From the NCBI RefSeq assembly GCF_006345805.1, contig NC_043013.1, positions 17,112,001 to 17,176,000 of the forward strand: a stretch of DNA of 64,000 nucleotides. Direction: 5' to 3'. Positions within the stretch are counted from its first letter, which is position 1; each line of letters starts with the position of its first letter. Source of the stretch: Octopus sinensis (Eukaryota). The notes below the pieces were generated by a model, which saw nothing but the letters and a program-made list of their open reading frames with translations, was not told the origin of the DNA and did not search any database. A program made the position numbers and the translations under genes. This document shows positions 42,619 through 53,694 of the stretch, piece after piece.

Positions 42619-44229
42619 TTGAAAACAGAGGGTTACCTACTTGGGAAGAATGCCAAAATCCCTGATAACCCCACTCTCCCAAGTGTGCCGATATCAGACA
42701 CGCTGGACATCAACACCTCCCCTTTTACCATATTTGAACTAACAGCAGCCACCAAGCAACTAAAAGCCTCGAAAGCATTTGGTCCCGACAACATTCCGGC
42801 TGTGATTTGGAAGGATGATAGATTTCACACACTTTTGCTTAACCTCTGCAACCACACACTTTCCACCTTTGTCGCTCCAAAGATTTGGCACCAATCTCAA
42901 ATCATTCCAATACCCAAAAAAGGCGATTTGTCCCTCGTCACCAACTACAGGGACATATCTCTAATGTCAATTGCTGCAAAACTGTACAACAAACTGATCC
43001 TAAATCATCTTGTCCTTTTTGTTGAACCTTTGCTCCGAAAGAACCAAAATGGATTCAGACATGGGCGCTCAACGCTGAGCCAGATACTATGCCTGCGCAG
43101 ACTTATTGAAGAATCAAAAGCATTTAATCGCGATCTTGCAATGGTATTTGTAGACTTTTCTAAAGCGTTCGATTCTGTAGATAGGTACAAGATGTTTGAA
43201 ATCCTTAAGCTCTATGGGATACCAGACAAAATTATTTCTGCCATCAAGGTCCTCTACACAGATACGTCTTCAACCATCTTAACCCCTGATGGAGAAACAT
43301 CATCTTTCTCGATCGAGGCCGGAATACTGCAGGGAGACACACTCGCCCCATTTCTTTTCATCATTGTTGTTGATTATGTGCTACGTATGTCAGTTGATAC
43401 CATCTCTGGCAAGGGCTTTGAAATAAAACCAAGAAGAAGTTCCAGACACCCAGCTGAGTACTTGACAGACACTGACTTTGCTGACGACATCGCTCTTATC
43501 AGTGATTCTCTCTCCAATGCCCAGTCTCTTTTACAATCTCTTGAACAAGCCTCAAATTGTGTAGGTCTTTACCTCAATGAGGCCAAAACTGAATACATAA
43601 ACAAGTGCCTGTCCAACAGTGATTGCATCATCCACACTCTCAACAGTGCACCTTTAAATATGGTTTCTGATTATAAATATCTTGGGTCATACATATCATC
43701 ATCTGGAAAAGACTTTCTAACTAGAAAGGGTATGGCCTGGTCAGCCTGTAATGACATGCATAAGATCTGGTCATCAAATCTAAGTAGAGACTTCAAACTT
43801 GAAATATTCAAAGCCACAGTCGAACCAATCCTACTATATGGCTCAGAAACCTGGACGTTATCAAAGAAGCTTGAGAGGCGGTTGGATGGAACCTACACTC
43901 GCCTCCTTATGAGAGCTCAAAATCTCTCGTGGAGGTGCCATCCAACTAAAATGCAAATATATGGGAAATTACCACCTGTGTCATCTCTTGTGAAAGGTAG
44001 GAGAGTCCAGTTTGCTGGACATTGTTGTAGAGCTGAAAAAGAAGTAATTTCTACTCTTCTCCTCTGGAAGCCATCTACTCGCAACACCAGAGGGCGCACA
44101 CTCTCCTACCCTGATGTAATCTCCAGGGATACAGGCATCCAGCAACAGGACCTCCGTAATGCTATGATGGACCGTGAAGTCTGGCGCAACATGGTAAATT
44201 CCATTGTCTCGACCATGGTCAAACAATGA
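42619..44229 (+). CDS. Uninterrupted reverse transcriptase ORF (536 aa); first codons probably come from flanking DNA
   Basis: GPDNIP, NYR.ISL, QNGFR, FVDFSKAFD, GILQG, FADD, YKYLG, LLYGSETWTL. Confidence 0.85.
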   Translation: MKTEGYLLGKNAKIPDNPTLPSVPISDTLDINTSPFTIFELTAATKQLKASKAFGPDNIPAVIWKDDRFHTLLLNLCNHTLSTFVAPKIWHQSQIIPIPKKGDLSLVTNYRDISLMSIAAKLYNKLILNHLVLFVEPLLRKNQNGFRHGRSTLSQILCLRRLIEESKAFNRDLAMVFVDFSKAFDSVDRYKMFEILKLYGIPDKIISAIKVLYTDTSSTILTPDGETSSFSIEAGILQGDTLAPFLFIIVVDYVLRMSVDTISGKGFEIKPRRSSRHPAEYLTDTDFADDIALISDSLSNAQSLLQSLEQASNCVGLYLNEAKTEYINKCLSNSDCIIHTLNSAPLNMVSDYKYLGSYISSSGKDFLTRKGMAWSACNDMHKIWSSNLSRDFKLEIFKATVEPILLYGSETWTLSKKLERRLDGTYTRLLMRAQNLSWRCHPTKMQIYGKLPPVSSLVKGRRVQFAGHCCRAEKEVISTLLLWKPSTRNTRGRTLSYPDVISRDTGIQQQDLRNAMMDREVWRNMVNSIVSTMVKQ

Positions 44230-44238
44230 TGATGATGA
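42634..44238 (+). mobile_element. 5'-truncated RTE-group LINE with (GAT)n tail
   Basis: RT ORF runs directly into tgatgatgatga with essentially no 3' UTR; no APE domain present. Confidence 0.9.
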
Positions 44239-44521
44239 CTTGCAAACAAATGTGGTAACATATAACATTATTGACCGAGGTTACCGTGGTCTTTTCCGTA
44301 GGGTTTTCTTCCCCCATTACACTTTATCTGCTTCCCCCTTTACACTTTACATCATGACACTGTGATACACGATCCGTATTGATCGTATTTTTTCTTTTCC
44401 CTTTTACGATCCCTTTTGATCGAAAACCTACCCCACCTTTTTTTCTCTCCCCACAAAAGAAAAGCTCTACTTTGTAACCTGTCCCGTCTGTGAGCAGCCT
44501 TGTGTGGCTAATAAAGAAACA

Positions 44522-44561
<40 letters not shown>

Positions 44562-44605
44562 AATCCATCTGTCTGTTTATGTCTGTTTATGTGTCTGTCT
44601 TTCTG

Positions 44606-44705
<100 letters not shown>

Positions 44706-45193
44706 CTGTTTCCTTCCTGCAGGGTCTTTGTATTTTTGCTTTAGTTCACTGTATATTTCATTGACTTATATAAACCTAGATACATCAATGCACCTCCATA
44801 TCTGCCTTTTTTGCTCCCCTTCGTCTTTCTTGCTTATTATTATATTCGTCCATCTTTACCCTAACCAATCACTTGACTTGTCAGAAACATCAGCTAAATA
44901 TAATTTAGTCTAAGATACATTGTGACGAAGGATAAAACAGATGTCTGTTCGATGAAGCTTAAACCTGAGCTGCACAACAGAATACATCTTGCATGTATGT
45001 ATATATTATGTATGTATGAGTATACATACATACATGCATGCATGCATACATACATACATACATACATACATACATACATACATACATACATACATAAACA
45101 CACCTACATCGACAGACAGACCTAAAGTGAGCAACATTGTGTGAGTTGGCAGTGAGTTCCTCAAGAAACACTCTCTTCCTATACAGCCCCAAA

Positions 45194-45425
45194 GGCAGCG
45201 AGCTGGCAGAAACGTTAGCGCGTCGGGCGAAATGCTTAGCGGTATTATGTCTGTCATTACGTCCTGAGTTCAAATTTCGCCGAGGTCGACTTTGCCTTTC
45301 ATCCTTTCGGGGTCGATAAATTAAGTACCAGTTATGCACTGGGGTCGATGTAATTGATTTAGTCCCTTTGTCTGTCCTTGTTTGTCCCCTCTATGTTTAG
45401 CCCCTTGTGGGTAATAAAGAAATAT
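45194..45425 (+). mobile_element. SINE family A, full length with TSD
   Basis: Flanked by tatacagcccc(c)aaa at 45180-45193 and 45425-45439; A- and B-box-like motifs present. Confidence 0.92.
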
Positions 45426-45429
45426 ATAC

Positions 45430-46365
45430 AGCCCCCAAACCAGTGTGATCTCTTACCTCTGAGAAGACCTGGATGGAAAGCACTCAGAGTACAAAACAAA
45501 AAAAGACAATGCATGGATATGTTGCCCGGGAGCTTGAAGAAGACGATAGAATCGACACGAAGCGTAACCCGTCTTGGACATATCTATATCACATCACACT
45601 TTGAAGATTACGCGTTTGCAATCCAGGAACGGGAGATTGTTACAAAGTACCTGGTGAACAAGAGAGACAGTGACGCTCTTGTAATCCCAAGGTATAACTG
45701 CATATGTAGGCTACGTCATGTTTCTGTGGAAGACATCACGCATGTGATTAGCAGCTGTTCTAAAATGTCGTCACGGTACTACCTCCCTATGCGGCACGAT
45801 GTTGTTGCTAAAACAATTTACAATGCCATCCATAAAAAAGACTGTCCGGAAATATACTTAGAAAATCCCTGGTATGGAATACATTCATAAACACCAGCTC
45901 AAGGAATACTGGAGGAATATTCTCATCAAAGCTTCTGTCAAATGTAAACATAACACCCCGGATATTGTTGTTTGGGACAGTGGGGCAAAGGTATGTACCA
46001 TCATAGAGGTCATCTACTCTGCAGATATAAATCAAAGAAAAAGAGGTTATCTATGAACAACTGCTCCGAAACCTTCAGCTTCTGTATCCAGACTGTGAAT
46101 TCATACCAATAATATTTAGAGAACTAGATTTTGTCAGTAAATGCTTAAAGGAGAATCTGGATAAACTGGGATTTTCAGAAAGAGAAATAGACTGGCTAAT
46201 TCGTACATTACAAGTGCAATCTGTGAGTGGAGCAGTAAAAATATGCAAGATTTTTCTCAAGTTCCAAATGTGAATTTGTTTGTGTTAACTACATCCCAAA
46301 GATGGAACCTTGTATCTTGGTTGGAAAGCGGCTTCCTCCTCAGTGGATGATTTATAAGTAAAAAA
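45430..46365 (+). mobile_element. R4/Dong-like non-LTR retrotransposon 3' fragment (zinc knuckle + restriction-like endonuclease), frameshifted
   Basis: AIQE.EI.TKY, CRL....ED.THV.S.C, RHD, KHNTPDIVVWD...IIEV, typical of RLE-encoding elements. Confidence 0.8.
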
Positions 46366-46489
46366 CAGAAGAGACATACAAATACCTAGAAGAAATCTTG
46401 CGGGACGTTATTCTAACAGGATACATCTTGTAATCACCTGAGGAAACACACCTACACCGATGGACAGACCTATTCCCATCTGTGGGGGC

Positions 46490-46633
46490 TTGATGCTAGA
46501 CTGGTCGAAACAATCGGACCCTAAGTAAGGCATATGTAAAATTTGAATGAAATTGGTTGTGTAGTTCTCAAGTTTTAGGGAAACACACAGACAGACAGAC
46601 AGACACACATTCTCAGTTTTATATATATAAAGA
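46490..46633 (-). mobile_element. Helitron 5' end fragment
   Basis: Minus strand TCtttatatatataaaa followed by a (CTGT)n microsatellite, same layout as the end of 2577-2975. Confidence 0.6.
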
Positions 46634-46806
46634 TATATATATATATATTTACACAATACACACACACACACACACACACATACATACACACACTGTATTC
46701 ATCTCTGTCTATTTATTGCCTTATCTACCAATTTATTTGTCAGCCATAGAAACTATACAAACAACCATTGGAACTTGATGCAGTACTCAGGCCCATTGGA
46801 TCTTCC

Positions 46807-47361
46807 CAGAATTACAACTATTTAGCGGTTTGAGTTTGGCTGCTCTTTCTAGTGGGTCGAATGGCCTATCAGGGCCATTCCTTAATATTGTTGAAATTAT
46901 ATATATATAGTTGGTGACTATTTTTCTTTCTCACTTTAGACCGCTGGTGGCGAAAAATTTTTCTTGAATTTTTTGCTACCCTTATATTGATTAATTAATG
47001 ATTTTTTGGCTAATTTTGAAATTATATCAGCAGTTTATATTTGCTGCTGAGAAGATGGCGCGGTGACGGTGGATTTTGAAAATTTAGAGTATATAGACTC
47101 GAGGCGTCGCTGCTTTCGCCTCGTGGATATATATTTTCCTTGGCTTCTTTGCTGACGAGACAGGCTAGATGTAAACAAATTTAATTTAATTTAATTAAAT
47201 TGGTTTACCAAAGTGTCGAAACTATGCATAGTCCAAAGATGATAAGAGTAAATGTTTTTATTTCTCCTTTGGTTTCAGAATTACAACTATTTAGCGGTTT
47301 GAGTTTGGCTGCTCTTTCTAGTGGGTCGAATGGCAATCAGGGCCATTCCTTAATATTGTTG
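46807..47361 (+). mobile_element. Retrozyme-like element, ~1.2 monomers (469-bp period)
   Basis: ~87-bp direct repeat (46807-46893 and 47276-47361), no meaningful ORF, internal hammerhead, ends in (TA)n. Confidence 0.8.
47146..47239 (+). ncRNA. Type I hammerhead ribozyme, intact core, predicted cleavage after GUC at 47233
   Basis: Stem I tctttg/caaaga; CTGACGA (47152-47158); stem II gaca/tgtc with an extra hairpin gtaaac-a-aatttaatt/aattaaatt-g-gtttac; GAAA (47218-47221); palindromic stem III actatgcatagt; then C. Confidence 0.9.
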
Positions 47362-47379
47362 TGTATATATATATATATA

Positions 47380-47582
47380 AATGTGACCGCGTGTGTACCG
47401 TTGGCGATTTTTTTTTCCTCTGTCTTCCCTTCTCTGGATCTTTCCTTCTCCTATGTTTCAGACGAAGAGCTCTGCTCGAAACGTTAAACCCTCCTTCTTT
47501 CCTTCTTTCCTGAGTGTCCAATAATACTATATTTGTTCCACATCCTCGTGTTGTTGTGTTTTTTGTGCTTTCTTGTTTGGAT

Positions 47583-47590
<8 letters not shown>
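47380..47590 (+). mobile_element. Penelope-type terminal-repeat relic with decayed minimal hammerhead
   Basis: cagacgaa-gagc-tct-gctc-gaaacgtt at about 47459-47485. A similar decayed motif at 55699-55725 lies downstream of a GIY-YIG fragment. Confidence 0.5.
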
Positions 47591-47657
<67 letters not shown>

Positions 47658-47866
47658 ATATATGCATGCATATGTGGATATATGACTACATATGTATATA
47701 TGTGGAGGTAGTGTATGCATATATGTATGTATACACACATGCACACACATACACACATATATTATTCTGTCAATATTTCTACTATCCTATATATCCCACT
47801 TTCATTCTTTATCTGCCTATGTATAAATGTATGATTATATGTATGCATGTGTGTGTATGTGTATAC

Positions 47867-47950
<84 letters not shown>

Positions 47951-48367
47951 ATATGTATATATATATATATATGACTATGTTATTTTATATATCTATGTGT
48001 ATATCTCTTAATGTACTTATTTATCTATCTAACCATACACCAAGCCATCTGTCTACCCTGATGTTGAATGGACTAATTTTAAAACGATGCCAAACCTCTA
48101 ACATAAACACCACTAACAAGCCACCCTGGTACTCTTTCTGAGAACTGATTTAGACAAATTCCACAAACATAAAACACAGAAACACCTGTTTCTAGAAAGA
48201 GGCGATGGCGTCAGCATTATCATCATCACTGATCATCCCCGTCCTTTTTATCTTCCTTTATCATAAAGTATTTGAGACATGATGATAACAACAACAATAA
48301 TATTAATAATAATAATTTATCATTTTTGTTATTATTATTATTATTAAGAAGAAGAGCACGACTGTTA

Positions 48368-48758
48368 TCTATATGTATATATAAAGCTGAAGTTGTCTGT
48401 GTATGGCAGGTTTGGTAGCCTTCAACTAACAGTATCTCCTCCGAGACCCTGCAGTGCAAGTTGACCAAAATTGAGAGTATGATAGAAGAAGGCTTGCTCT
48501 TCATTCTGTAGAAGAAAAAATTCAAATCATGTTAACACCAAAAATTATTTACATCAAAAAAGGTGCTTTTTTTCCATGAAAATCACTATTTTTTTACGAT
48601 TTTTTGACTGCTGTGTCGCCATTTTTTGGTGTATTTCAACCAGAAAAATGTTCACTTATAGAGAATAACAAGCTACATAATGCAAAACTTTTACTTTTTA
48701 AAAATTCCAATTCTAAAGGGTCGAAACAAACCTGAGCAATGCCGGGCGATACTGCCAG
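48368..48758 (+). mobile_element. Non-autonomous Helitron
   Basis: A|TCtatatgtatatataaag start; end acaaacctgagcaatgccgggcgatactgccag|T, matching the 3' end of 2577-2975. Confidence 0.75.
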
Positions 48759-49189
48759 TTGGTTATAAAGAGAGATTGACTCTGTTTATTAAAATGAAAA
48801 TGAAACAAATGTGTCTTTTACAAGTTCAAAATATAAAAGGAAATTAAATTCAAAGATAGGAAATGCTGTAACATTCAAAATTAAACCAGAATAACTGCAT
48901 TTCTTTCCAAGTAAAACAACATCATCAGTCTTTGGTCTTGGATCCAAACCCCAATTACAGAGAAGGAAAGAAAACCTCATGTCTGTTGAAAGAAACGATG
49001 ATGATGATGATCGGATCTGGCATAATTGGATGTTAAAGAATCTAAACTGGTATCCAGAGAAAGCTCAGGAGAGACATTCACAAGCACTGTTGGAATTTCT
49101 CAAATCTTGTCAGACAGGAATTAGAGAAAGCCTTAAAACCTGTAAGAAAAAGAGCTGGAATAACTTTATGGATTCCCAGCACTCCATTG

Positions 49190-49610
49190 CCTAGCAAACA
49201 CTGATTCTATTGTTATTAAAATGGTGGATAAAGGAGGCGCTATTGTAATTAGAGTTAAGGGTAAGAACATTTCAGTTTGTGAAGAAGTTTTAAGTGACAA
49301 AACTTAAAAGAATTACTTGTAGATCCAAACCCCAATAACAGAGAGGAACTTGATAAAATAATTTTGGAAATGGAGGAAAAAAATTTCATAAATGACATGG
49401 TATCTAAGCTAATTCATTCAGAAAGAACACCTGTATTTTACAGTGTTCCAAAAATACATAAAAAATTTGAAAAATGTCTTCTATTGCACTCAATTTGCAG
49501 TGAGTATGAATGCTGCACTGCTAAAATTTCAGAATGGCTGGATGGTTTTCAGCTCCCAATAGCTAAAAGATTAAGTTCCTACATTCTGGATACTTTTGAT
49601 TTTGTTTTGA
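49190..49610 (+). pseudogene. Penelope-like element reverse transcriptase relic
   Basis: IVIKMVDKGGAIVI and FYSVPKIHK...ISEWLD...LSSYILDTFDF, matching the PLE DKG and PKIHK motifs. Confidence 0.8.
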
Positions 49611-49694
49611 TCTACACCATACTGTATGTATTGCTTTGGTATACACCATACTATACCTTAGAGTATCCCACAACCTATTCCTAGTGGTTCAGTT

Positions 49695-50136
49695 GATGGC
49701 CTCGTGGTTATAAGGACGTGGGTTCAATTCCTGATCTAGACAAGTGTTGTCTCCTTTAGTAAAGCACTTAATTTCAAGTTATCCCAGTCTACTCCTCTGT
49801 AAGTAAGCACCAGCTGAATGTTGGTGCAGGCCTCTCTTTCTGTTGTGGTCACATCCTAAATGGTAGGTGAATGGTAGGAGAGACAAGAGGGTGTTAACGT
49901 TTGTTTGTGATTACTTAGGTACTTTAAACAGTGTTGACTGCCATGACAATGCATCCTTTAAGGCCCTCATGCTTTCCGAAATCCGCCGAAACTACACCTG
50001 ATTGTCCCCCTTCCATACTCATACATGTGTATGTCATGACTCATGCACTGTTCTTCCCCTGACGCTTGTACATTACCCTATGTATTATACATACACTTTA
50101 GATGAGTTGTAGTGCACCTGAGCACTGTACACAATG

Positions 50137-50168
<32 letters not shown>
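49695..50168 (+). mobile_element. Old tRNA-derived SINE with (TTA)n tail
   Basis: ggcctcgtggtta...gggttcaattcc boxes, then a (tta)n end. A similar head occurs on the minus strand at about 62000-62235. Confidence 0.5.
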
Positions 50169-50271
50169 GAGAAAGTCTGGTACAAGTTGCCAGGCATTGC
50201 TCACTTGCAAAGAAAGACTAGACTCATTCCAAAATTTATGTACTACTAGTCAACTGCTGTTTGGAGAATAT

Positions 50272-50718
50272 TGGTTTCGACTTTTGGCACAGGGCCAGCA
50301 ATGTTTAGGGGTGGAGTAATTGATTACAATGACCCCAGTGTTCAACTGGTACTTAATCTATCAACCCCAAAAGGATGAAAGGCAAAGTCATTCTCAGTGG
50401 AATTTGTACTCAAAATGTAAAAGACGGACAAAATGCCACTAAACATTTTGTCCAGCATGCTAATGGTTCTGCCAGCCTGTCACCTTAGCTGTTTAAGAAA
50501 CACTGGTTTCAGATTTTGGCACAAGACCAGCAGGTTTGGGGTAGAGGATAAGTCAGTTAAATCAACCCAAGTGCTCAACTGCTACTTATTTTGTTGATCC
50601 CAAAAAGATGGAAGGCAAAGTCAACCTCAGCAGAATTTGAACTCAGATAGTAGAGACAGATGAAATGCTATTAAATGTTTCACTGGCATGCTAACGGTCC
50701 GGCCAGCTTGCCATCTTA
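50272..50718 (-). mobile_element. Two tandem old SINE A copies
   Basis: Two ~230-bp units, each with aggcaaagtca and gccagc, separated by a repeated gctgttt..gaaa flank. Confidence 0.75.
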
Positions 50719-51198
50719 GCTGTTTGAGAAATATTACAAACAGTTAGTTACTAACAGATGCTTACAAATTAATAAGTTCAACATGAGAATATATATTCAG
50801 TTTCACCCTAAAACAATTAAATAGTGTACATTTGGTTATAATTAGCTTAACTGACGTCAACGAATGTTTAATTGAGATGTAAACCAGTGCAAATGTGGCT
50901 ATGTTAATGAGATGTTTGCTTCCCAACAATACCGTTTCAAGTTCAGTCCTTCTGAATGGAACCTTGGGCAAATGTCATCGTGTGTATGTGTGTGTATATA
51001 TATATTTCCACTTTTTTCTTATTTTTATTTTCCTAAAATTTTCGTTGCGTCTTGCAACCTTTTCAGTTGTTTTGAATATGCTTCAACACACGAACTCATA
51101 TAAAGAATTTTAGGAAAATAAAAATAAGAAAAAATTTTACCAGTGAGTGTGTTATATTATAAGGCACAAAAAGAAAATGACTCTCCCCAGACACAAGA

Positions 51199-51255
<57 letters not shown>

Positions 51256-51680
51256 CAAAATGGGACAAAAATGCAAAACATTCAAATAGACGATACAAAA
51301 ACACAGACGGGTTATTCAAAGCCTCTGATCTTCAGTCAAGAACCGGATCATCCTCGCAATTTATATAAATAGATGTGTGTATTTTTCCCTTGTTAACAAT
51401 TAACACAGAAAAAAATAGATAAATAGTTACCAGGGTAGCAGAAAATCACACAAGTAAAAAGGTTGTAACTCCTTGTTTTTAAAGGTAGAAACTTCAGGTT
51501 TACATGAAATATTTTGTATAATATGTATAAATAAATAAATGGAGTTAAACGCAGGTGTTATTCAAATTCGTTTAACTCCAGTTTGACATTTCTAATTTTT
51601 ATTCATCCATCAACCCAATAGTACTTAATAAGGCACTTTGGGAAGAAATTAATATATATATATATATATATTAACACACA

Positions 51681-51888
51681 CAAGGGTATGCTGAAAAGTT
51701 CCTGGCTTTTGGTGAAAGAAAAAACAGGAGGATCACTTAATTAGGATTTTATTTAACATATTCCCCTCTCAGATTCACACAGTTGTTGCAGCAGTCCTTC
51801 AGTTTTTCTAAGCCCTGTAAAAGAACTTGAAATTCCAGTCAAGTCTTTTGCAATAACTTCGAAGCCAGGTGCTTTTTAACACCCCCTT
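51681..51888. mobile_element. Mariner-like MITE
   Basis: Imperfect TIRs agggtatgctgaaaagttcctggct / agccaggtgctttttaacaccccct. Confidence 0.6.
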
Positions 51889-51957
51889 ACATGTGTGTGT
51901 GTATGCATATTTATGTACACACACACACATATACACACATGCATATCTATCTATTTA

Positions 51958-52025
<68 letters not shown>

Positions 52026-52028
<3 letters not shown>

Positions 52029-52548
52029 TCATCATCGTTTAACGTCCGTTCTCCATGCTAGCATGGGTTGGACGGTTCGACCAGGGATCTGGGAAGCCAG
52101 AAGGCTGCACCAGGCTCCAGTCTGATCTGGCAGTGTTTCTACAGCTGGATGCCCTTCATAACGCCAACCACTCCATGAATGTAGTGGGTGCTTTTTACGT
52201 GCCACCTGCACAGGTGCCAGGCGAGGCTGGCAACAGCCATGGTCGGATTGGTGCATTTTACGTGCCACTGGCACGGAAGCCAGTCGAGGCGGCACTGGCA
52301 TCGGCCACGATTCAGATAGCGCTTTTTACATACCACCAGTCCAGGGGTCCTGGCAACTGCCGAGTGCCTGTCGTCGGATGAGGTTCGATTTCGACTTCGC
52401 TTGCCTCAACAGGTCTTTGTGTGTGCCAAGGGAGGAAAGACATGCATAAGTGGGCTGGACTCACTTGTCCTGCCTGGTCTTCTCACGCACAACATATTTC
52501 CAAAGGTCTCGGTCGCTGGTCATTGCCTCGGTGAGGCCTAAAGTTCGA
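52026..52548 (-). mobile_element. RTE LINE 3' end: ORF C-terminus plus family C 3' UTR
   Basis: Minus strand encodes RTLGLTEAMTSDRDLWKYVVREKTRQDK-stop, followed by the family C sequence and (GAT)n tail. Confidence 0.85.
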
Positions 52549-53098
52549 TACAAAATAAGAAAATGGAGGAATAAATTTTAATCAATCATCAACTACTAGA
52601 TAATACCAATTCATATAATTTATTAACTAATTGTTTAGGAACATCCAGATCAAACAGAATAATACAGAATAAAACAGTACAAATAAATGAGTAAGATAAT
52701 ACCATAAGCAAAATACATATAAATATAAAAAGGATCTTACAGCTGTTTCAGCCATGTAGATAAGTATATTGGATATATGTTATCCCATAGTGGATTACAC
52801 TCGCAACCCCTATCTCATTTTGTATATATATATATATATATATTCACACACACATGCATGTATATATACATACACGTATACATATACACTAGCAGAGATA
52901 CTCAGAGTTACTTGGAATTAAAATGGCATAGTTTTTCATTGTTTTACTTGCTTCGGTCATGTGACTGCTACCATGCTGGAGCACCATCATTAGTCTAAGA
53001 AACTGACAACAGGATTTATTCTCTGTAAGCATAGTACTTTGTAAGCATGTGTGTGTGTATGTATGTATGTATGTATATATATATATATATACACACAT

Positions 53099-53137
<39 letters not shown>

Positions 53138-53207
53138 CATATATATATATATATATAAATTATTAGAGAGTTAACCACTATGTGGATAACTCTAGTGCTA
53201 AAAATAG

Positions 53208-53244
<37 letters not shown>

Positions 53245-53248
<4 letters not shown>

Positions 53249-53694
53249 ACAATCAAGGAACGGCCATAATAGGCCATTCACCCACTAGAAATAACAGCCA
53301 AAGCTTCAACCGCAAATAAAAATCAATTCCGTAAACAGGAGAAAAAAGTTCCGACTTGGGCTATTTCTTACTGAAGAATCTGAGGGCCTATGGAAGATTG
53401 GCTTGATTTAATTTAATCAGGTTAGTTTACCATTAAACAGCAGATGAAACGGTGCATCGTATAAGAAATTACAGGGTAAATGTTTTTAAAATTTTCTCCT
53501 GTTTACGGAATTGATTTTTATTTGCGGTTGAAGCTTTGGCTGTTATTTCTAGTGGGTGAATGGCCTATTATGGCCGTTCCTTGATTGTTGATGTTGAACT
53601 TAAAAATGGTCTATGACTATTTAATTTTTTCCCACTAGGCCGCTGGTGGCAAAAAAAAAAATTCTACAAAATTTTTTTTGCCACCCTATATTGA

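Noticed and set aside
45194-45285. SINE heads as tRNA genes
   Set aside because: A/B-box-like motifs only; no cloverleaf, and they continue into SINE bodies.
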